From an uncultured Gemmatimonadaceae bacterium (GTDB lineage: Bacteria; Gemmatimonadota; Gemmatimonadetes; Gemmatimonadales; Gemmatimonadaceae): DNA of 64,000 nucleotides. The first letter of the stretch is position 1, and every line of letters starts with the position of its first letter. Below are positions 59,376-64,000 of this stretch, one piece after another. The translations under genes were made by a program, and so were the position numbers. Under the pieces are notes generated by a model that saw only the letters and a program-made list of their open reading frames with translations, was not told the origin of the DNA and made no database searches. The stretch lies in NCBI GenBank assembly GCA_963822945.1, contig CAWGJO010000036.1:60897-124896 (forward strand). Direction: 5' to 3'.

Positions 59376-62300
59376 TTAAGTACGCGCGAAGTAACGCGCG
59401 GCCACATACGCACGCCACCCCCGCAACCTCCCCACCAACGCCTCGACATCCCCCTCGGCCCCCACCTCAACCCCCACCCCCGCCGGCACCGTCAGCAACG
59501 TGAACGACACCTCCCCCCCGCCCCCAATCGCCCGCACGGCATCCGTGTACGTCGCCGCCTGCACCGCATAGCGCTCCGCAAGCACGTCGGCATCGGCCCC
59601 GCTGGTCTTCACGTCCAACACCCGCACGGCGTCGCCATCCCTCGCCACCAGGTCCAGCGCGCCGTTGATGGTGGTGCCATCCGCGAACAGGCGCGTGAAC
59701 GGCAGCTCCCGCCGCGCCGACGGCAGGTTGGCGACGGACTGCCATACAGGCGACGCGGTGGCCGCGTCGATCCGCGCCCGCACATAGGCGCGATACGCGA
59801 TGCCCGCGGGATCATCCGGCTCTGGCGCGTCGCTGTCGTGGTCGGCAATGGCATCCTCTATCAATTGCGCGAGATCCACCCCCTCGGCTTCGAGCCGCTC
59901 CAGCACCTCGTGCACGATGAGGCCGGTGGCGATCGCGTTGGCCCCCGCGCGGCTCAACCCGCCGGGAGCCGCGCCGTCGAACCGAAGGACGTACTGGTCC
60001 CACCACCGCGCGGGGTCGTGGTCGAACGCCATCAACTGCGACGCCGACAGCCGCAGACTCCCGGTGGGCACATCGACCGGCGTCGGCGGCAACGGAAGTT
60101 CCAGTTCGGCCACCTGGCCCGCGTCCGCCTGGGCCGCGCGCCCATCACAGAGGGTGACCGCGGCGTGGTACACGGTGCCCGCATGACTCTGGTACTCCAC
60201 GTCGGCGCCTGCCTCGATGCTCGGGAACGCCTCGCGCAACATCGTCGCGGGCGACCGGTTGCCGCGGCCCTGCGTGCCCAGCGGAATACCGCTGAGCACC
60301 AGGCGATGCTTGGCCCGCGTGGCCGCCACGTACCAGAGCCGGTACGACTCGGCGCGCTGCTCCAGCGCCAATGCATCCGCCAACTCCCTGTGGCCGGCGT
60401 CGGCCGGCTTTCCATCCTCGTCGACCAGTGACTCGTCCTGCACAGAGAACCGGTCGCGGCCAACCAGGTACTTGCCGCTGGTGAACGTGACATCACGCAC
60501 CAGGTCACACCAGAACACGGTGGACCACTCCAGCCCCTTGGCACTGTGAATGGAGGTGATGGTCACGACATCCGAACGCTCCCGATACAGGCGCTCGGGC
60601 GCCACACGGTCCTCCCGGTCGCGCTGGGCGGCAATCTCCCGCAGGAACTCGCCCAACGACTGATCGGGCGCCGCAGCAGCCATGCGCACGAGCTTGCGCA
60701 CATTGGCCACGTGCTGCTGCCCGTCGTCACCGTCGAGCGCGATGGCCGCCACGAACCCCGACTCGTGAAGCAGGCGGCCGAGCAGTTCGTGCACGCTCAC
60801 GCGATCGCGCAGCGCGCCGAGTGTCGTCAGCAACTGCTGCGCGCGGTCCAGCAGATCCCGCTCGCGCTGGACCCGTCCGAGCCCGTCCGCGAGGCCGGCG
60901 CCATGGCTCTCGAGGGCCAGGGCCAGCAGCGTGTCGTCGCGCACGCCGACGAACGGACTCTTCAGGAACCCGGCCATCGCCACGTCGTCCCGCGGATCGC
61001 GAATGGCGCGCAACGCGAGCACGCAGTCGAGCACCTCACGGGCCTGCCAGAACCCCTCGGAGCGCAGCACGTAACTCGGAATCCCCGCCTGCTTGAGCGC
61101 GGCTTCGTACTTGGCAACCGCGCCCCAACCGGCGAGCAGGATCGCCATGTCGCCGTACGCCACGCCCTCGTCATGCAATTCGGTCATCCGCCGGGCCACG
61201 CCCGCCGCTTCCAGATCCCGCACTTCCTCCGCCTTGCGCGTCTTTCCGTCGTCCGCAGCGGGGACCACCAGGAACTCCACGGCGTGGTCGCCCTCGGCGC
61301 CATCGGCTCGCGCATCGAGAGGCGCATAGCCCACCTCGAAGGGACGCCGCTGGCCGTCGTCCGCTACCGGCTCGTCGAGCTTCCTGCCCACGGTCGCGTC
61401 CACCATTCCCAGAATCGCGGCCTTGCTGCGGAAGTTCTCCCCGAGCGGCAGCACCTTGCCCTGCCCGTCGTCGAACTGCCCGGCCACCTCGTTCCACAGC
61501 GTGACGTCGGCTCGGCGGAACCCATAGATGCTCTGCTTGGGATCGCCCACGAGTATGATGCGGGTGGGCTCGGGGTCGGACGCCCCGATGCCGGCCAACA
61601 GATAGGCGATATCCCGCTGCACCGGATCCACATCCTGAAACTCGTCGAGCACCAGCAGGCGCACGCGGTGCTGCACGGCCCTGCGAACCGCGTCGTTGCG
61701 CAACAGCTCGCGCGTTGCCGCGATCATGAGATCGAAGTCGAGCACGCCCTCGCGGTCCAGCCGTTCGCGCCGCAGCGCCGCGGCCCGCGTGGCGACGGTC
61801 AGCAGCGCCAGCTCGTGGGGGCGCAGCGCGCCTGAGCCGGCCGCCAACCGCGCCAGCCGGTCGGTGTCTTCCGACGCGCTCGCCACCCACTGGGTGATGT
61901 CTTTGAGCCTGCGCCCGCTCAGCAGTTCGTCCAACCCGGGCACGTCGCCGGCGTCGATGGCGTTGCGCAGTGCTTCGTGCGCGCTCTCGACGGCCAACTC
62001 CGCGCCCTCGCCCTCTTCCACCACCCGGCGTCCCGGCGCCGTTCCCGCGCGCAGCGCGAAGTCGCGCAGCAGGTCGCCGCAGAATCCGTGGATGGTGCCG
62101 ATGCGCGCCGAGTCCACCTCGGCGGCGAGTTCACGGCGCTCGCCCGCACGCAGCGCGGCTCGCAGCTTGCGCTTGAGATCGGCCGCCGCCTGGTTGGTGA
62201 AGGTGATGGCCGCAACCTGATCGAACGACAGCGGCGCGGGCACGGGAGACAGCGCAACCCCGTCGACGATCACGGGAACGCCGAGATAGTGGCAGAGTGC

Positions 62301-62405
62301 CTGCACCACGGTGGTCGTCTTTCCCGAACCGGCGCCGGCGTGTACCAGCAGATGGTTGCCCTGGTCGGTGACCACCGCCACCTGGGCATCGGTAAGCCGA
62401 GTCAT
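59376..62405 (-). CDS. addA: AddA-like UvrD helicase with PD-(D/E)XK nuclease
   Basis: AGAGSGKTT, ITFTN.AA, LDEFQD, VGDPKQSIYGFR, SIHSAKGLE, YVAATRA and GALDLV...LDVKT motifs. Confidence 0.92.
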   Translation of the reverse strand: MTRLTDAQVAVVTDQGNHLLVHAGAGSGKTTTVVQALCHYLGVPVIVDGVALSPVPAPLSFDQVAAITFTNQAAADLKRKLRAALRAGERRELAAEVDSARIGTIHGFCGDLLRDFALRAGTAPGRRVVEEGEGAELAVESAHEALRNAIDAGDVPGLDELLSGRRLKDITQWVASASEDTDRLARLAAGSGALRPHELALLTVATRAAALRRERLDREGVLDFDLMIAATRELLRNDAVRRAVQHRVRLLVLDEFQDVDPVQRDIAYLLAGIGASDPEPTRIILVGDPKQSIYGFRRADVTLWNEVAGQFDDGQGKVLPLGENFRSKAAILGMVDATVGRKLDEPVADDGQRRPFEVGYAPLDARADGAEGDHAVEFLVVPAADDGKTRKAEEVRDLEAAGVARRMTELHDEGVAYGDMAILLAGWGAVAKYEAALKQAGIPSYVLRSEGFWQAREVLDCVLALRAIRDPRDDVAMAGFLKSPFVGVRDDTLLALALESHGAGLADGLGRVQRERDLLDRAQQLLTTLGALRDRVSVHELLGRLLHESGFVAAIALDGDDGQQHVANVRKLVRMAAAAPDQSLGEFLREIAAQRDREDRVAPERLYRERSDVVTITSIHSAKGLEWSTVFWCDLVRDVTFTSGKYLVGRDRFSVQDESLVDEDGKPADAGHRELADALALEQRAESYRLWYVAATRAKHRLVLSGIPLGTQGRGNRSPATMLREAFPSIEAGADVEYQSHAGTVYHAAVTLCDGRAAQADAGQVAELELPLPPTPVDVPTGSLRLSASQLMAFDHDPARWWDQYVLRFDGAAPGGLSRAGANAIATGLIVHEVLERLEAEGVDLAQLIEDAIADHDSDAPEPDDPAGIAYRAYVRARIDAATASPVWQSVANLPSARRELPFTRLFADGTTINGALDLVARDGDAVRVLDVKTSGADADVLAERYAVQAATYTDAVRAIGGGGEVSFTLLTVPAGVGVEVGAEGDVEALVGRLRGWRAYVAARYFART

Positions 62406-64000
62406 CGGCCCACCTCCACCGGACCGCCGGGTATGCGGCATACGTCGCGCGCCGGACAGTAGGGCGAGCAGCCGCACGACGGCGCGGGATCGGCGGGCAG
62501 CGTGCCGGCTCGCACCTGGGCTATGCGCCGGCCGGCCGCGTCGAGCGCCGCCGCCAACTTCTCCTCGGCGTCGGGCGCATCCTGCACCTCGCCCTTCTTC
62601 AGCGGCGCGAGCGAGAGCGAATGGACCGATTCCGGCTTGCGAATGGTGCGGTACTCCATGCGCGCCAGCAGGTCGTCGGGACGCAGTTGCTGCAGCGCGG
62701 CGGCGTACAGCGGCACCTGCAGCACCACGCCGTCGTCCCACCCCTTCTTGCTGCCCGCGGCGGGCGTGGAGTACTTGGTGCTCTTGTAGTCGATGGCCGC
62801 GATGTACCGCTCGGCGCCCTCCACCCGCTCGTCGACGCCGCGGTCCACACGGTCAATGGAGCCCCGCAAACGGAAATCGACGCCGTCGCCAGTCAGGCGG
62901 ACGTCGTTGAAGGCGTACTCGCCCTCCACGGCGCCGGTGCGGATCTGCTTCGACGCGTTGGTCCGATTGTTGAACGACTTCTCGTTCCACTCCACCTCGA
63001 AGTCCAGGTACCCCTGGAGTTCCGTGGCCAGCTCCCCGAGCGCCACATCGTACAGGGCAACCGGGCCCAGCCACTGCTGGTCGGCCACGGCCGCCTCCCA
63101 TGCGGCACGCAGCGACGCGGACATGAGTTCGCGTGCCCACGCGAGATCCGTTTCCCGCAGGAACGCCGGCCCTCCCATCCTGTCGCGCGCCGCCGAGAAG
63201 AAGCGATCGAGCACGTCGTGCACCAACGACCCGCGCACCGTCGGCTCCATCAGGTCATCGGCGTCGGCCTGCGGATCGAGATGCAGCAGCCGCTGCGCGA
63301 ACCAGTGCCACCGGCACTTGGCCACCAGCTCCAACTGCGTGGCCGACCAGACGAAGCTCTCGCCGTAGCGCTCGGCGAGCCATTCCTGCAGCGCGGGGTC
63401 CTCGATCTCGCCGTTCCACGGGCTCGGCTCCAGTGTGCGCTGCTTCTCGCGTTCGGCCACCTGCCGCGCATGCGACACGGCCGCCGCGTCGCGTGCCACG
63501 GGAAATCCGGGCACGAGCGCCTGGTTCGTCGGCATGCGTTCGAGCACGCCGGCCGTGACGAGTTCGTCGTCATCGTCTTCGACGCCATGCGCGCGCGCCA
63601 GAGCTGCCGCGGCTTCGTCGGCGAATGCCGACCGGGCCACGTCGCGGCCACCGGCGTCCATCACCGGCCAGCTCAGCGTGAGCACCTCTCGCGCCCCTGC
63701 GCACACCACGCGGAACAGCTCGCTTTCGCGGCCGCGCCAGGCGTCGGGGGCATCGAGCGGGAGGCCGGCGGCGATCAGCGCGCGCCGGTCGTCCGCATCC
63801 AGAATGCCGCCGGCCACCGAGCGTTGGGGAAACTCCCCGGCCGCGAGGCCGATCACGAATACGTGGTCGAACGCCCGCCAGCCGAGCGACAGCGCTTCGC
63901 CCACCGCCACGCCGAAGTCCGTCTCGGGCGGGGTGATGAGGTCTTCGTCCAGCAGCAGCCCGAACCGGCCCGCGAATGCGGCCGCGTCAACGGGCGCGGC
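62402..64000 (-). CDS. addB: AddB-like nuclease subunit, 5'-truncated by the window edge
   Basis: SATQLE...C, RGSIDRVD, IDYKS, QVPLY and terminal C.C.P.CP....CR Fe-S motif; its stop overlaps the addA start. Confidence 0.88.
   Translation of the reverse strand, partial: AAPVDAAAFAGRFGLLLDEDLITPPETDFGVAVGEALSLGWRAFDHVFVIGLAAGEFPQRSVAGGILDADDRRALIAAGLPLDAPDAWRGRESELFRVVCAGAREVLTLSWPVMDAGGRDVARSAFADEAAAALARAHGVEDDDDELVTAGVLERMPTNQALVPGFPVARDAAAVSHARQVAEREKQRTLEPSPWNGEIEDPALQEWLAERYGESFVWSATQLELVAKCRWHWFAQRLLHLDPQADADDLMEPTVRGSLVHDVLDRFFSAARDRMGGPAFLRETDLAWARELMSASLRAAWEAAVADQQWLGPVALYDVALGELATELQGYLDFEVEWNEKSFNNRTNASKQIRTGAVEGEYAFNDVRLTGDGVDFRLRGSIDRVDRGVDERVEGAERYIAAIDYKSTKYSTPAAGSKKGWDDGVVLQVPLYAAALQQLRPDDLLARMEYRTIRKPESVHSLSLAPLKKGEVQDAPDAEEKLAAALDAAGRRIAQVRAGTLPADPAPSCGCSPYCPARDVCRIPGGPVEVGR

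Overview
High-GC window that looks like Gemmatimonadota (ADOP permeases, the Ser/Thr kinase type, many secreted hydrolases; taxonomy is inferred). It is mostly ordinary cargo: peptidases (S9, two S10, M14), GH51 and GH78 glycosidases, transporters, an MNT-HEPN pair, IorAB-like genes, amt and addAB. Many genes carry single-base frameshifts, probably long-read errors. The standout is a roughly 200-250 bp non-coding module present four times between 49.5 and 59.4 kb. Each copy has a tRNA with a leucine-type body but a non-leucine anticodon (AGC/Ala, GGT/Thr twice, GAC/Val). Downstream on the same strand lie a sigma70-like promoter (TTGACT-N17-TAnnnT; TATCAA in one copy), a short RNA whose 5' end is antisense to that copy's own anticodon arm and co-varies with it, and a GC-rich terminator hairpin. 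The three intact copies also have a 5' leader complementary to their own D-arm region. My inference is an all-RNA system: a potentially mistranslating tRNA held in check by a cognate anti-tRNA small RNA, acting like a toxin-antitoxin pair or a mistranslation switch. I do not recognise it as described, but I could not search the literature.
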